DNA of 64,000 nucleotides from Bryobacteraceae bacterium (GTDB lineage Bacteria > Acidobacteriota > Terriglobia > Bryobacterales > Bryobacteraceae). The first letter of the stretch is position 1; every line of letters starts with the position of its first letter. This document shows, in pieces, positions 28,395 through 37,868 of the stretch. Made by a program: the position numbers and the translations under genes. Where the stretch lies: assembly GCA_965277555.1 (NCBI GenBank), contig OZ255834.1:6744804-6808803 (forward strand), given 5' to 3'. The notes under the pieces were generated by a model, which worked only from the letters and a program-made list of their open reading frames with translations, was not told the origin of the DNA and ran no database searches.

Positions 28395-29174
28395 CTACAA
28401 AGCGCTGCTCGAAATCAACCGGCATTCCACAACAAATCGCTTCGGCGCGGAGCCCACATAATAAAACGGATAGCAAGTAATCATCGTGAGCAGTTTTGCC
28501 GGCGCGCGATCGCCGGAAGCGCGATACAAGCCGCCGCCATCCGCCCGTAGAACACTCACGTCCGACGGGCTGACGATTTTCGTTGCTACCACCTGGTAGA
28601 CGTAGCTTTCCTTAAGCGATTGAACGGTGACCTCATCGCCTTCCCGAATGTCCTTTAGCGCGCGGAACAAAGTGTCTCGATGCGCCGCAATAGCGAAGTT
28701 GCCTGGCATCCCGGGCAAAGCGGTTGTCGGAACATGGCCGACGGCAACTCTGAGCGTCGCTGCGCTGACGCCTTCCCGCACAATCGATTCAATGTGCAGC
28801 CTTTTGATCGTAAGGCGCGCCACCAGATCGCCCTCCGCCAGACCGGAAGCCGCGGCGGATGGCTTTTCGGGCGTAACGCTGCTTCGAGTTCCTGCCGGCG
28901 CTTCCGAAGTAAACTTCGCGCGCAGGAAATCCACCAACGTTACCGACGAGCGCCCAGCAATCGCCTGCTCGAAAGCCCAATCTTCGTACGCTTGATAGAC
29001 ATACAGATCCGCCGCCCGATACACATAAAAGCCGCAGCAAACGAGGCCGATGAAAAGAAGCACTCGCTTCAGCCAAACGAGTAAACGTGACGGTTGCTCT
29101 CCGGGCGCGCCGCTCCGTCTAGCGTTGTAACTGTGCATGCCCGGCCGGGGCCCGTAACTTAGCTCGTGTGTCAA
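28395..29174 (-). CDS. Sortase family transpeptidase (membrane-anchored)
   Basis: N-terminal TM (VLLFIGLVCCGFYVY), catalytic His (FAIAAHRD), Cys in LLTMITCYPF (TLxTC-type) and Arg (PKRFVVE). Confidence 0.8.
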   Translation of the reverse strand: MTHELSYGPRPGMHSYNARRSGAPGEQPSRLLVWLKRVLLFIGLVCCGFYVYRAADLYVYQAYEDWAFEQAIAGRSSVTLVDFLRAKFTSEAPAGTRSSVTPEKPSAAASGLAEGDLVARLTIKRLHIESIVREGVSAATLRVAVGHVPTTALPGMPGNFAIAAHRDTLFRALKDIREGDEVTVQSLKESYVYQVVATKIVSPSDVSVLRADGGGLYRASGDRAPAKLLTMITCYPFYYVGSAPKRFVVECRLISSSAL

Positions 29175-29177
29175 AAT

Positions 29178-30077
29178 CTAATGCTCGCTCCCAATGCTGT
29201 AAGTCGTGCGCGTGTGCACCTTGAGTTTCTGCCCGTCCTCCCGCGCAGTTACTTTGATGGTGCGTATTCGTCGCTTATCGTGTAACTCGTCGGGAACATA
29301 CCCGATAACGTAGCGGTGCTCGATATCTTGCGAAATCTGTTGAAAAACCGGCGCCACTTCGGAAAGCGCGTTTGGCTCGAACGATTCGCCCCCGCTCACG
29401 CGCGCAAGCTTTCGCAGAACCGCCGGATTGAGGTCATTGGTATTCGGATCGTTTAGCCCGACTGTGTAGATCGTCGCCTTAGAGGCTTCCACTTCCGCCA
29501 ACAGTTCTCGAAACGAGGTTCGGCTCACATTGTCCCGCCCATCGCTCACCACAATCAGCGTATACCGGTGATAGCCGCTTTCGGCCAAATGCTTCAACGA
29601 ATATGCAATGGCATCGTAGAGAGCGGTCTGTCCGGTCGGCTTGCCGAAATAAAGAGACTTGCGCAGCAGCCGGAGGTCGTTAGTAAACGGCACGGCCGGC
29701 GGCAAACCAGGCGCAACTGAATCGTTGAAGTTCACTACGAAAAACTGGTCGGCGGAATTGCTCTCTTTCACAAAAGCTAAACCGGCCGTGATGACTTCCG
29801 GCCGCTTCGTCGTCATACTGCCGCTGTTATCCACCACCAACCCAATCGCCGCCGGCAAGTCGCTCGCCGAAAATTCCCGGATCGGCCGTTCTACGCCATC
29901 ATCGAAGACCCGAAAAGCAGCGCGATCGAGGTTTCTCACGAACTCTCCGGCTTTGTTTGTAACACTCACATCGAGCAGCACGAAATCGACACGATCCGAG
30001 ATCTTGAGTTGCGCTGCGTTTGCAAGAGAGGGCAATAAGATGAAAATGAATTTCCAACCCATTGCCCGGGCGTTCAA
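29178..30077 (-). CDS. VWA domain protein of the acidobacterial VWFA-related type
   Basis: Signal peptide, intact MIDAS LVVDNSGSM, later TALYDA and VVSDGRDN, and a C-terminal beta domain (YVIGYVP...RTIKV). Confidence 0.85.
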   Translation of the reverse strand: MNARAMGWKFIFILLPSLANAAQLKISDRVDFVLLDVSVTNKAGEFVRNLDRAAFRVFDDGVERPIREFSASDLPAAIGLVVDNSGSMTTKRPEVITAGLAFVKESNSADQFFVVNFNDSVAPGLPPAVPFTNDLRLLRKSLYFGKPTGQTALYDAIAYSLKHLAESGYHRYTLIVVSDGRDNVSRTSFRELLAEVEASKATIYTVGLNDPNTNDLNPAVLRKLARVSGGESFEPNALSEVAPVFQQISQDIEHRYVIGYVPDELHDKRRIRTIKVTAREDGQKLKVHTRTTYSIGSEH

Positions 30078-30089
30078 AACGGCGCCTCG

Positions 30090-30803
30090 TCAGGCCTTCG
30101 ATGCCAACGCCAGCAATCCTGCCAGACTAAGCGATATCAGACCGGCAAAGCCAATGATCGGATCGAAACTAGCCGTATGCGGCAGACTCGCCGGCGCGGA
30201 AGCTGGTGCCGGCTGCGCAGCCGCTGCCTGAGTCTGCGGAAGATCTGGGGCAGGTGCCGCAGGCTCCGGGGCTGCCGCGGGCTCTGCCGGGGCAGGCTCG
30301 GGCGCCGCGGCGGGTTGAGCTTCCGGTTGCGGCGCGGATGCAGGTTCCCGATAACTGACAGGAATTGGCACAGGAGCCGCCGCCGCCAACTGCGCCACTA
30401 ACTTTTTCGGATAAGCAAACTCCTGTCCGAAATTGTCGCCCGGATAAAACCAGGCCCGCACCGCTTTCGGAACTCCCGAAGGCGTTTCCCAAAATGTAAA
30501 TTGAGTGTTTCCAGTCGGTCGCAGGCGCTCGTTCGGAATCGCCAGGATGGTCTCTTCCAGATGCTTCTGATCCTTATCGAAGATCTGCACGATGTGCCGA
30601 TCCGACTGCGAATCCATCAACTTCCAAACATACGTACCGGGATCCAAAACCTTGTTTCCGGCAATGATCGGCTCATTCACCGTCACAATCGTCATCTTGC
30701 TCCAATTGTCGGCGTGCAAACGCGGCACAAAGGAACTGCCTACCAGACCGATTCCAACAACAATCAGGGCACCGATATAAAACGCTCTAAACTTGCGATT
30801 CAC
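30090..30803 (-). CDS. Secreted protein with Pro/Ala-rich linker and LPHTA + hydrophobic C-terminal sorting-signal-like tail
   Basis: GTG start after GAGGAGAG. Signal/TM at the N-terminus, a globular domain of about 110 aa (IVQIFDKDQKH...AWFYPGDNFGQEFAYP), a P/A linker, then SLPHTASFDPIIGFAGLISLSLAGLLALASKA. LPHTA is encoded at 30171-30185. Confidence 0.65.
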   Translation of the reverse strand: MNRKFRAFYIGALIVVGIGLVGSSFVPRLHADNWSKMTIVTVNEPIIAGNKVLDPGTYVWKLMDSQSDRHIVQIFDKDQKHLEETILAIPNERLRPTGNTQFTFWETPSGVPKAVRAWFYPGDNFGQEFAYPKKLVAQLAAAAPVPIPVSYREPASAPQPEAQPAAAPEPAPAEPAAAPEPAAPAPDLPQTQAAAAQPAPASAPASLPHTASFDPIIGFAGLISLSLAGLLALASKA

Positions 30804-31031
30804 TTCTCTCCTCGAACTTCTTTGGCCACACTATTTATTCGGCTGTGCGGCTCATTTCGTTTCATTTGTTAGCGGACTCACCGCTTTCTTCTCAACCTGA
30901 CCAAAGCACGTCGCGGTCCAAACGCCGTCTCGCTTCGCGCGCTCTATAACTTAGCCAGCCGCTGATTGAAAAGTACGATGGAGAAAATGCGCGCGCGGGC
31001 CTTTCGCCGCGACATCGGATACAGTGTCCGT

Positions 31032-31802
31032 ATGCCAACAAAGCCTGAAGGTCCAACAACGCTTGCGATCGACGTGGGGGGTAGCGGCGTGAAAACCATT
31101 CTTTTGAACGAACGCGGAAAGCCCATCAGCGAGCGCCAGCGCGTTGACACCCCCGATCCAGCCACCCCCGACGCCATCCTCGCGGCCATCGACGGGTTAG
31201 TGAATGGTCTAGGGCGGTTCGACCGGGTTTCGATCGGCTTCCCCGGCGTAGTCAAGCACGGCGCGACGCTAACCGCTCACAATCTCGATCCCACCTGGAT
31301 CGGTTTCGATCTCGAGAAAGCCCTGTCCCGAAAATGGCGCAGACCGGTTCGTGTTGCCAATGACGCCGCGGTACAAGGCTATGGCGCGATTCGAGGAAGA
31401 GGCGTGGAACTTGTCATTACGCTCGGCACCGGCCTGGGCTCATCGTTGTTCACCAGCGGCCATCTCGTGCCCGGTCTCGAACTAGCCCACCATCCGTGGA
31501 AGAAAAAGAAGACTTACGAAGAGTTTCTCGGCAAGAAAGGCTTTAAGAAATTGGGCCGCAAGCGCTGGAATCAGGAAGTGGAAGAAGCCATCGCTCAGAT
31601 CGAATCGCTTTTCAATTTCGACCACCTCTACATCGGCGGCGGTAACGCCACTAAAATCGACTTCCCCCTGCCGCGCCATGTCACGCGCGTGCCAAACGAA
31701 GATGGCCTGCTCGGCGGCGTCGCCCTGTGGCGCGATTTCGCCAGCAATGCTACTTTGAGCGGTGAATCGCCGGCGGCAAGAGAAAAGGCCACTTCGGGAT
31801 GA
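31032..31802 (+). CDS. ppgK: ROK family polyphosphate/ATP glucokinase
   Basis: LAIDVGGSGVK, GFPGVV, VANDAAVQGYG and GTGLGSSLF. Start chosen at ATG 31032; in-frame alternatives are TTG 30966 and ATG 30978. Confidence 0.75.
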   Translation: MPTKPEGPTTLAIDVGGSGVKTILLNERGKPISERQRVDTPDPATPDAILAAIDGLVNGLGRFDRVSIGFPGVVKHGATLTAHNLDPTWIGFDLEKALSRKWRRPVRVANDAAVQGYGAIRGRGVELVITLGTGLGSSLFTSGHLVPGLELAHHPWKKKKTYEEFLGKKGFKKLGRKRWNQEVEEAIAQIESLFNFDHLYIGGGNATKIDFPLPRHVTRVPNEDGLLGGVALWRDFASNATLSGESPAAREKATSG

Positions 31803-32982
31803 GCTGGAAGTGGTGGTAATGCACCAGCACCACCACCACGCCGGCGATGATCAAGAGCAGCGCGAGCACCCCAAGCGCGATCTTGCCCCACGGGAACCTC
31901 TTCCCTTCCCGCTTCAACACCAACAGATAGGAAGCGAACAGTCCGACGAAAAATAGCAGCACCATCGGCACTGCGAATAACATCATGTTAAAGACATCGG
32001 GCGTCGGCGTCACAACCGCTGCAATTACCGTAATTGCGAGAATCGCGTAGCGACTGTGCCGGAGAAGAAACCGTGGAGATGCCAAGCGCAGCAGCGTCAG
32101 GAAGAATATGATCACCGGCATCTCGAACACGAGACCCACGCCCACGGTGACATTTACAAACAGATCGAAATATTCGCTGATCGAAACCATCGGCGTGACA
32201 TGAACGTCGCGTCCGATGCCCAAAAGAAATTCGAGGCCATAGCGAAAGGCAACGAAATAAGCGAAGCATCCGCCGGTGATAAAAAGCCCGGCCGTGCAAA
32301 CAATGAACGGCACCGCCCATCTCTTCTCGCGCTTGTATAAGCCGGGCGAGATGAATGCCCAAAGTTGATAGAAAATCCAGGGAGAACCGACGAAGACCGA
32401 GACCAGCAGTGGAAGCTTCAGGTATATGACATTGAAGTTTTCCATCGGCGTGATGATCGTCAGGTTGGGCGGATTAATGCCCAAATGTTTTAACGCAGTT
32501 ACAGCCGGCGCGGAAACAACCTCCCAAAGATCCTTGCAAAACCCGATGCTGAGAATGAAGGCGACTATCATTCCGCCGATCGCCTTCAAAAGCCGCGATC
32601 GCAGCTCTTCCAGATGCTCCATAAAGGACATGCGCAGCATGCCCTTCTCTTCCTCATCACCCTCGTCCCCATCCTCATCGTCCGGCGGTGGCGGGGGCGG
32701 AGGTTTCGGCGGAATCTGCGCCACGGCCTCGGGCGCGAGATAACCGGTTATTTCTTCTGACTTTGCTTCCGGCGGAATGACTTCCAGCTGTCCATATGGA
32801 TCCGACGAACTTGCGTAGGCTTGCGTAGTAGGCGTGAGCGCTTGATCGGCAGGCGTCGGATTCCAGCGGTCTTCGTGTTCCGTCGCGGGCTGTTCTGTTG
32901 TGGGGTTTTCTGTCGCGGGCTTTTCAGGCGTGGGCGCTAAACCTTCGTGCGGAGTCTCGCGCTCCTTCGATTCGTCGGACAT
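31750..32982 (-). CDS. tatC: Twin-arginine translocase subunit TatC with long N-terminal Pro/acidic extension and extra C-terminal TM segment
   Basis: The core begins at MSFMEHLEELRSRLLK and has six TatC-type TMs. It is preceded by about 115 aa of low complexity (PPKPPPPPPPDDEDGDEGDEEE). The start lies 12 nt after the tatA stop. An internal start (MLRMSF) is possible. Confidence 0.85.
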   Translation of the reverse strand: MSDESKERETPHEGLAPTPEKPATENPTTEQPATEHEDRWNPTPADQALTPTTQAYASSSDPYGQLEVIPPEAKSEEITGYLAPEAVAQIPPKPPPPPPPDDEDGDEGDEEEKGMLRMSFMEHLEELRSRLLKAIGGMIVAFILSIGFCKDLWEVVSAPAVTALKHLGINPPNLTIITPMENFNVIYLKLPLLVSVFVGSPWIFYQLWAFISPGLYKREKRWAVPFIVCTAGLFITGGCFAYFVAFRYGLEFLLGIGRDVHVTPMVSISEYFDLFVNVTVGVGLVFEMPVIIFFLTLLRLASPRFLLRHSRYAILAITVIAAVVTPTPDVFNMMLFAVPMVLLFFVGLFASYLLVLKREGKRFPWGKIALGVLALLLIIAGVVVVLVHYHHFQLIPKWPFLLPPAIHRSK

Positions 32983-32994
32983 TGATATCGGTGG

Positions 32995-33417
32995 CTAGGC
33001 CGGCCGGTTCTCTTCGGGAACTGGCTCAGGTGCCGGCGCAGGCTTGGAACGTGGCACGGTCCCCGCCACCGGCTCCGCCTTTTTCACTTCCTGCGACTCG
33101 CCGGACCCGGAAGGAACGTCGTCCGCCGAGGCCTGCTCTCCATACTCGTCATACGGATATGGATAGGTGGCGGATGAGTACTGCGTGTTCGAGGACGGAT
33201 TCTTCTTCGCCGCTTCACTTTGCTCGGATATCTTCGTTTCCCGCTCCAGTTCCTGCATGTGCGATTCGAACGTCGTCTTCAGCTCGTTCTTCGCGCGCCG
33301 AAATTCCGTCAACCCCTTACCCAACAGCCGGCCCAGTTCAGGCAGCTTCTTGGGACCAAAAAGCAGCAGCGCAAGAAGAACAATAAAAAACATCTCCTGC
33401 GCGCCAATCGGACCCAT
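32995..33417 (-). CDS. tatA: TatA/TatE family translocase protein with extended C-terminal tail
   Basis: FFIVLLALLLFGPKKLPELGRLLGKGLTEFRRA is the TatA TM plus amphipathic helix signature. Confidence 0.85.
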   Translation of the reverse strand: MGPIGAQEMFFIVLLALLLFGPKKLPELGRLLGKGLTEFRRAKNELKTTFESHMQELERETKISEQSEAAKKNPSSNTQYSSATYPYPYDEYGEQASADDVPSGSGESQEVKKAEPVAGTVPRSKPAPAPEPVPEENRPA

Positions 33418-33519
33418 CTAATCTCCTTCCTATATGCGTGACGCCTTTATGATAGCCCAGGATTCCAGATTGCCTCCCTTCGACACTCTGGCCTGGCGCA
33501 AACGAGATACAGTACTTGG

Positions 33520-34509
33520 GTGTACAGACGCAAACATCTGAAACGCGCCGCCCTAACCACTCTTATTCTGGCAACCTTGAGCGTTCCGTCTTCGCTGATC
33601 GCCCAGGTTCACATCGCTTCGGTCGGCAACGATCACGTTTCCATCGAAATAAATGGCAAGCCATTTTCGGACTTTTATATCGGCGACGCCTACGCCAAGC
33701 CGTTTCTCGCTCCCCTGCGCTCCGCCGGCGGCCTGATCGTCACGCGCCGCTTCCCCATGGAAACGGTCGAAGGCGAATCGCGCGATCATCCGCACCATAA
33801 AGGTCTCTGGATCGGCTATGGCGATGTCAACGGCATCAACTTTTGGGAAGTCGAGGCGCAATCGAAAACCAGCGGCACAAATCCGTCAGCCAAAGGAAAG
33901 GTTCGCCTCGCCAAGCTCGAAGACATCAAGTCCGGAAAGAAGTCGGGCTCCATCCATGCCCTGTTCGATTGGCTCGGCCCGCAAGGCTCGCCGGTGCTTG
34001 AAGAAGATCGCACCATGGTGTTTTACAACGACGACAAAATTCGCCGCCTGGACATCGATGCCACCTTCACTGCTAAAGTCACAGCCCAATTCGCCGACAC
34101 CAAGGAAGGTTTTTTCGCCATTCGCGTCGCCGATAGCATGGACGGCAAGCACGGCGGCCTCATCACAAACTCAGAAGGCGAGCACACCGAGAAGGATGTT
34201 TGGGGCAAGCCAGCCGATTGGGCCGATTATGTGGGCTCTGTCGAAGGCCAGAAAATCGGCATTCTGATTCTCGACAATCCGCGCAACCCGAATCATCCGC
34301 CGCGCTGGCACGCTCGCGATTATGGCTTGTTTGCAGTCAATCCATTCGGCGTGAAAGCCTTCGATCCGCGCGCGGAGGCGAAAGGCGGGTATCGATTAGC
34401 GGTGGGCCAAAGCCTGCGCTTCCGTTATCGCGTCATCATTCATCCCGGTGACGCGCCCACCAAAGATCTCGCCCGCTGGTACACGCAGTATTCGAAAGCG
34501 GGTAAATGA
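33520..34509 (+). CDS. PmoA-family (DUF6807) secreted protein
   Basis: GTG start, signal peptide, then NGKPFSDFYIGDAYAKPFLAPL...ESRDHPHHKGLWIGYGDVNGINFWE, which is typical of this family. Confidence 0.7.
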   Translation: MYRRKHLKRAALTTLILATLSVPSSLIAQVHIASVGNDHVSIEINGKPFSDFYIGDAYAKPFLAPLRSAGGLIVTRRFPMETVEGESRDHPHHKGLWIGYGDVNGINFWEVEAQSKTSGTNPSAKGKVRLAKLEDIKSGKKSGSIHALFDWLGPQGSPVLEEDRTMVFYNDDKIRRLDIDATFTAKVTAQFADTKEGFFAIRVADSMDGKHGGLITNSEGEHTEKDVWGKPADWADYVGSVEGQKIGILILDNPRNPNHPPRWHARDYGLFAVNPFGVKAFDPRAEAKGGYRLAVGQSLRFRYRVIIHPGDAPTKDLARWYTQYSKAGK

Positions 34510-35888
34510 AAAACGTGCGCCGAGCCCTCGCTCTACTGCTGTTCTTCTCGGCAAGCATCTTCAGCGCGCCTGTTTTGCCCCATGTGGTCCCGCAAGTTCC
34601 GGCGGCGGCGCAAGCTTCGTCCCACTTCGATGCGCGCGCCGCGACCGACGCCTGGCTAAACACTGTTTCCGCCGCCGACCACGCCCGCTCCAATGCCTAT
34701 TTCGAAGGCGGCTACTGGCTCATCCTGTGGGATTTCGTCGCACTGGGGGTCGCCATGCTTCTGCTGCTCGAAACGCGCCTCTCCGCGCGCATGCGAGATC
34801 TCGCGCAGCGCATCACGCGCCGTTATTTTTGGCAGGCTTATCTCTACTGGCTCCAGTTCGCCGTCGTCACCACCGTCTTGCTTTTACCTCTTACTCTCTA
34901 TGAAGGCTTTTTCCGCGAACACAAATACGGACTCTCCAATCAAAGCTTCGCGGCCTGGCTGCGCGACGCCTCGATCGGGTTTGCTGTCTCCGTGTTCGTC
35001 GGTGGCCTGGTTGTCGCCACGCTTTTCGTTCTGGTACGCCGTCTCCCGCGCTCCTGGCATATCTGGGGAACCATAGTCTCCATTGCCTTCACCATTCTGC
35101 TCGTCGCGATCGCGCCTGTTTTCCTCATGCCGCTGTTCAATACCTACACGCCTTTGCAGAACAGGGAAATCAAGCAACAGATCCTGAGCCTCGCGCACGC
35201 CAACGGCATTCCAGTCAACGACGTTTACCAGGTGGACGCCTCCCGCCAGAGCAAGCGCGTCAGCGCGAATGTCAGTGGTTTGTTGGGCACGGATCGCATC
35301 ACGCTCAATGACAATCTCCTCAATCGCTGTTCACCGCAGGCAGTGCTGGCTGTCATGGGGCATGAAATGGGTCACTACGTGATGCACCATATTCTGAACG
35401 GCGTCGTGTTCAGCGTGCTCATCCTCGCCGCCACTTTCAGCTTGTTGCGCTGGGGAGCGGAGCGCGCGCTCGGAATTTGGGGAGCCAAATGGCAAGTTCG
35501 AAACATGAGCGACGTCGCCGTTTTACCTCTCGCCGCGCTCATTCTGTCCACCATCGGTTTCCTACTCACACCTATCCAGAACACTTATACGCGCACCCAG
35601 GAATATGAGGCGGATATTTTCGGTTTGAACGCCGCACGCCAACCGGATGGCGAAGCCGAGGTCGATTTACTGCTCGGCGAATATCGCAAGCTCGACCCCA
35701 CGCCGCTCGAAGAATTTCTTTTCTTCGACCATCCAAGCGGCCGCACCAGGATCTATGCGGCCATGCGCTGGAAGGCGGAAAATCTATGCTTGTTCGATGC
35801 GCAGCTACCCTGCACAAATCGCCCTGAATCGATCGCTAAACCGATTCCCAATGGCCTGTCTCGCCCGAGCGAAATACCGCTTCGATGA
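34506..35888 (+). CDS. M48 family (Ste24-type) membrane zinc metalloprotease
   Basis: ATGA overlap with the previous gene, multiple TMs, zinc site VMGHEMGHYVMHH, and a distal EYEAD. Confidence 0.85.
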   Translation: MKNVRRALALLLFFSASIFSAPVLPHVVPQVPAAAQASSHFDARAATDAWLNTVSAADHARSNAYFEGGYWLILWDFVALGVAMLLLLETRLSARMRDLAQRITRRYFWQAYLYWLQFAVVTTVLLLPLTLYEGFFREHKYGLSNQSFAAWLRDASIGFAVSVFVGGLVVATLFVLVRRLPRSWHIWGTIVSIAFTILLVAIAPVFLMPLFNTYTPLQNREIKQQILSLAHANGIPVNDVYQVDASRQSKRVSANVSGLLGTDRITLNDNLLNRCSPQAVLAVMGHEMGHYVMHHILNGVVFSVLILAATFSLLRWGAERALGIWGAKWQVRNMSDVAVLPLAALILSTIGFLLTPIQNTYTRTQEYEADIFGLNAARQPDGEAEVDLLLGEYRKLDPTPLEEFLFFDHPSGRTRIYAAMRWKAENLCLFDAQLPCTNRPESIAKPIPNGLSRPSEIPLR

Positions 35889-36861
35889 CTTTCATATTCG
35901 CCAGTGCGTTCTCTAGCGAAACCGGCACCGCGGTGTTTTCCTGAATAGCCTGCGAAAAAGCGTCGCCCTGGATCGTATATTGATCGAGCACTGGAAACTC
36001 TTCCACTCGCGCGCTCAGCCCGGCTAACTGCAATCCATCATCGATAAAAATGCGGCTCGGCCGGTCGGGCGGAATGTTGTACGGAATTTCGAGCTCTATT
36101 CGACCCTTCGTGCCGAACACCTGCATCCTCTGAAACGGCACCAGCTGAGTCGCGCATGTGAAGACCGCCTGGCCCGGCGCGAAGTCGAGCAAGGCAGAAC
36201 TGAGCCGGTCCGTCTTCATTTCGGGATCGCGCTCCACCAGCCCGGTGGCACGGCTCGGCTCCCGTCCAAACAGAAAACGCGCCATCGTGATCGGATAACA
36301 GCCGATGTCCATCAGCGCCCCTCCTCCGAACTCCGGCACATTCCGGATGTTCTTCACATCCCGATTGAAGTAGCTGAAGGTGCTCATAATGCCGCGCAGT
36401 TCCCCGATTTCGCCGCCTTGTACAAGCTCACGCGCCCGCAGCCACTGCGGGTGCGTCCGCACCATGAACGCTTCGCCCATCTTTACGCCCGTACGATCCC
36501 GCGCGGCGATCAACTCTTGCGCCTCTTGCGCGGTCAATGCAATCGGCTTTTCGCACAGCACATGTTTGCCCGCTTCGGCGGCTTTGATCGACCACGGAAC
36601 GTGCAAATGATTCGGCAGCGGATTATAAATCGCATCGATATCCGGATCTTGCAGCAACTCCTCATACGACCCATAAGCCTTCGCCAAGCCTAGCTCGTCC
36701 GCCGCGCTCCGCGCTCGCGCCATCTCTCGCGAAGCAATCGCCACCACTTCGCCGCGCGCGCACGTCCGCATGCCCGGAACGACCTTCTTCACCGCGATAT
36801 TCGCGACGCCCAGCACACCCCAGCGTACTTTTCTCATGCCCCTGAGTCTCTCACGCCGCAC
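35836..36861 (-). CDS. Gfo/Idh/MocA family oxidoreductase
   Basis: VRWGVLGVANIAVKKVVP Rossmann start and the EKP motif (VLCEKPIAL). The true start may be ATG 36837, because a repeat element overlaps the GTG at 36861. Confidence 0.85.
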   Translation of the reverse strand: MRRERLRGMRKVRWGVLGVANIAVKKVVPGMRTCARGEVVAIASREMARARSAADELGLAKAYGSYEELLQDPDIDAIYNPLPNHLHVPWSIKAAEAGKHVLCEKPIALTAQEAQELIAARDRTGVKMGEAFMVRTHPQWLRARELVQGGEIGELRGIMSTFSYFNRDVKNIRNVPEFGGGALMDIGCYPITMARFLFGREPSRATGLVERDPEMKTDRLSSALLDFAPGQAVFTCATQLVPFQRMQVFGTKGRIELEIPYNIPPDRPSRIFIDDGLQLAGLSARVEEFPVLDQYTIQGDAFSQAIQENTAVPVSLENALANMKVIEAVFRSGETGHWESV

Positions 36862-36863
36862 CT

Positions 36864-36890
36864 AAATCGGGGACAGGCTACGCAATCCCC
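36864..36890. repeat. Short intergenic repeat, copy 1 (inverted relative to copy at 49584)
   Basis: AAATCGGGGACAGGCTACGCAATCCCC is the reverse complement of the element at 49584-49609. The match extends to about 34 nt, with 2 mismatches by my alignment. Confidence 0.8.
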
Positions 36891-37059
36891 AATTCACCAC
36901 TGCTCCCTCACTCCACCCATTCCGAGCCGGAAACGTCAGCGCCCTTGTCTGGCCAAAGCAGGCTGGCGGCTTGACCTAGCGAGAACATGATGGCTGCGGG
37001 AGCGGTTAACTTCTGCTGAATCGCCACACGCCAAGGCCTTTGTTTGTTACCCTGATCCC

Positions 37060-37626
37060 GTGAAGCTGTACGACATCGATCCCGGACCGGACAGCCCTGA
37101 ACTGGTCCGGGTAATCATCGAGATTCCGAAAAACTCGAGCAATAAGTACGAATACGACGGAAACCTCGGTGTCTTTCGCCTGGATCGCGCTCTTTATTCG
37201 CCCATGCACTATCCCGGCGATTATGGCTTCATTCCGGGCACGCTGGCGGAAGACGGCGATCCGCTCGACATCATGGTTATGGTCGACGAGCCCAGTTTCA
37301 CCGGCTGTCTGATGGAAGCCCGCCCCGTTGGCCTCCTGCACATGGTCGACGCCAGGGAAAACGATCAGAAAGTTTTGGCTGTCCCCAACCGCAATCCGCG
37401 TTTCGACAGTATCCACACCATGGATCAGGTCTTCCCGCACATCCGCAAGGAGATCGAGTATTTCTTTTCGATCTATAAAGAGTTACAAGGCGGCAAAACG
37501 GAGATGAAGGGTTGGGGCGGTCCGCGCGAAGCCCGCAAGGTAATCGGCGAAAGCCGCCAAGCCTATCTCCAGCGTCGCGAACTCTCCGGCCCCCATATCG
37601 AGGACGAGGTAACCGCCGATAAATAG
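37060..37626 (+). CDS. ppa: Inorganic pyrophosphatase (family I)
   Basis: IIEIPKNSSNKYEYD, YPGDYGFIPGTL and DGDPLDIMV. Confidence 0.95.
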   Translation: MKLYDIDPGPDSPELVRVIIEIPKNSSNKYEYDGNLGVFRLDRALYSPMHYPGDYGFIPGTLAEDGDPLDIMVMVDEPSFTGCLMEARPVGLLHMVDARENDQKVLAVPNRNPRFDSIHTMDQVFPHIRKEIEYFFSIYKELQGGKTEMKGWGGPREARKVIGESRQAYLQRRELSGPHIEDEVTADK

Positions 37627-37868
37627 CAAGTTTCCTCGCGCAGCTCAGCACTTTTGTCTCTACGTCCTGAGGGCCGATTCGAAGGTTGCGCGCCTGATTT
37701 TCGCCATACGCATAGAGTTTTTCCTGGCGCATATCCCGCAAGCGACGCTCTAAGGGCACCAGTTCATCAGCGGTCAGGCTCTGAGCGTCGGCAATCTTTT
37801 GCGCTTTCTATCAGGAGGGCATTCGCAACGCTCGTATGTCGGTCGCCCAGGTGCTTGCTTCGCCTCAA

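Noticed and set aside
30200-30340. Repetitive GC-rich DNA that might be mistaken for a repeat array
   Set aside because: It encodes the Pro/Ala-rich linker (PEPAPAEPAAAPEPAAPAP) of the LPHTA-tailed protein. There is no spacer/repeat periodicity, so it is not a CRISPR array. The same applies to the GGFHGG (5515-5590) and EPPRREP (53280-53480) coding repeats.
37298-37759. 153-aa minus-strand ORF whose first part (LTADELVPLERRLRDMRQEKLYAYGENQARNL) looks protein-like
   Set aside because: About 330 nt of it run antisense through the 3' end of the confidently called ppa gene. It has no stop before that, no start context, and no recognisable family.
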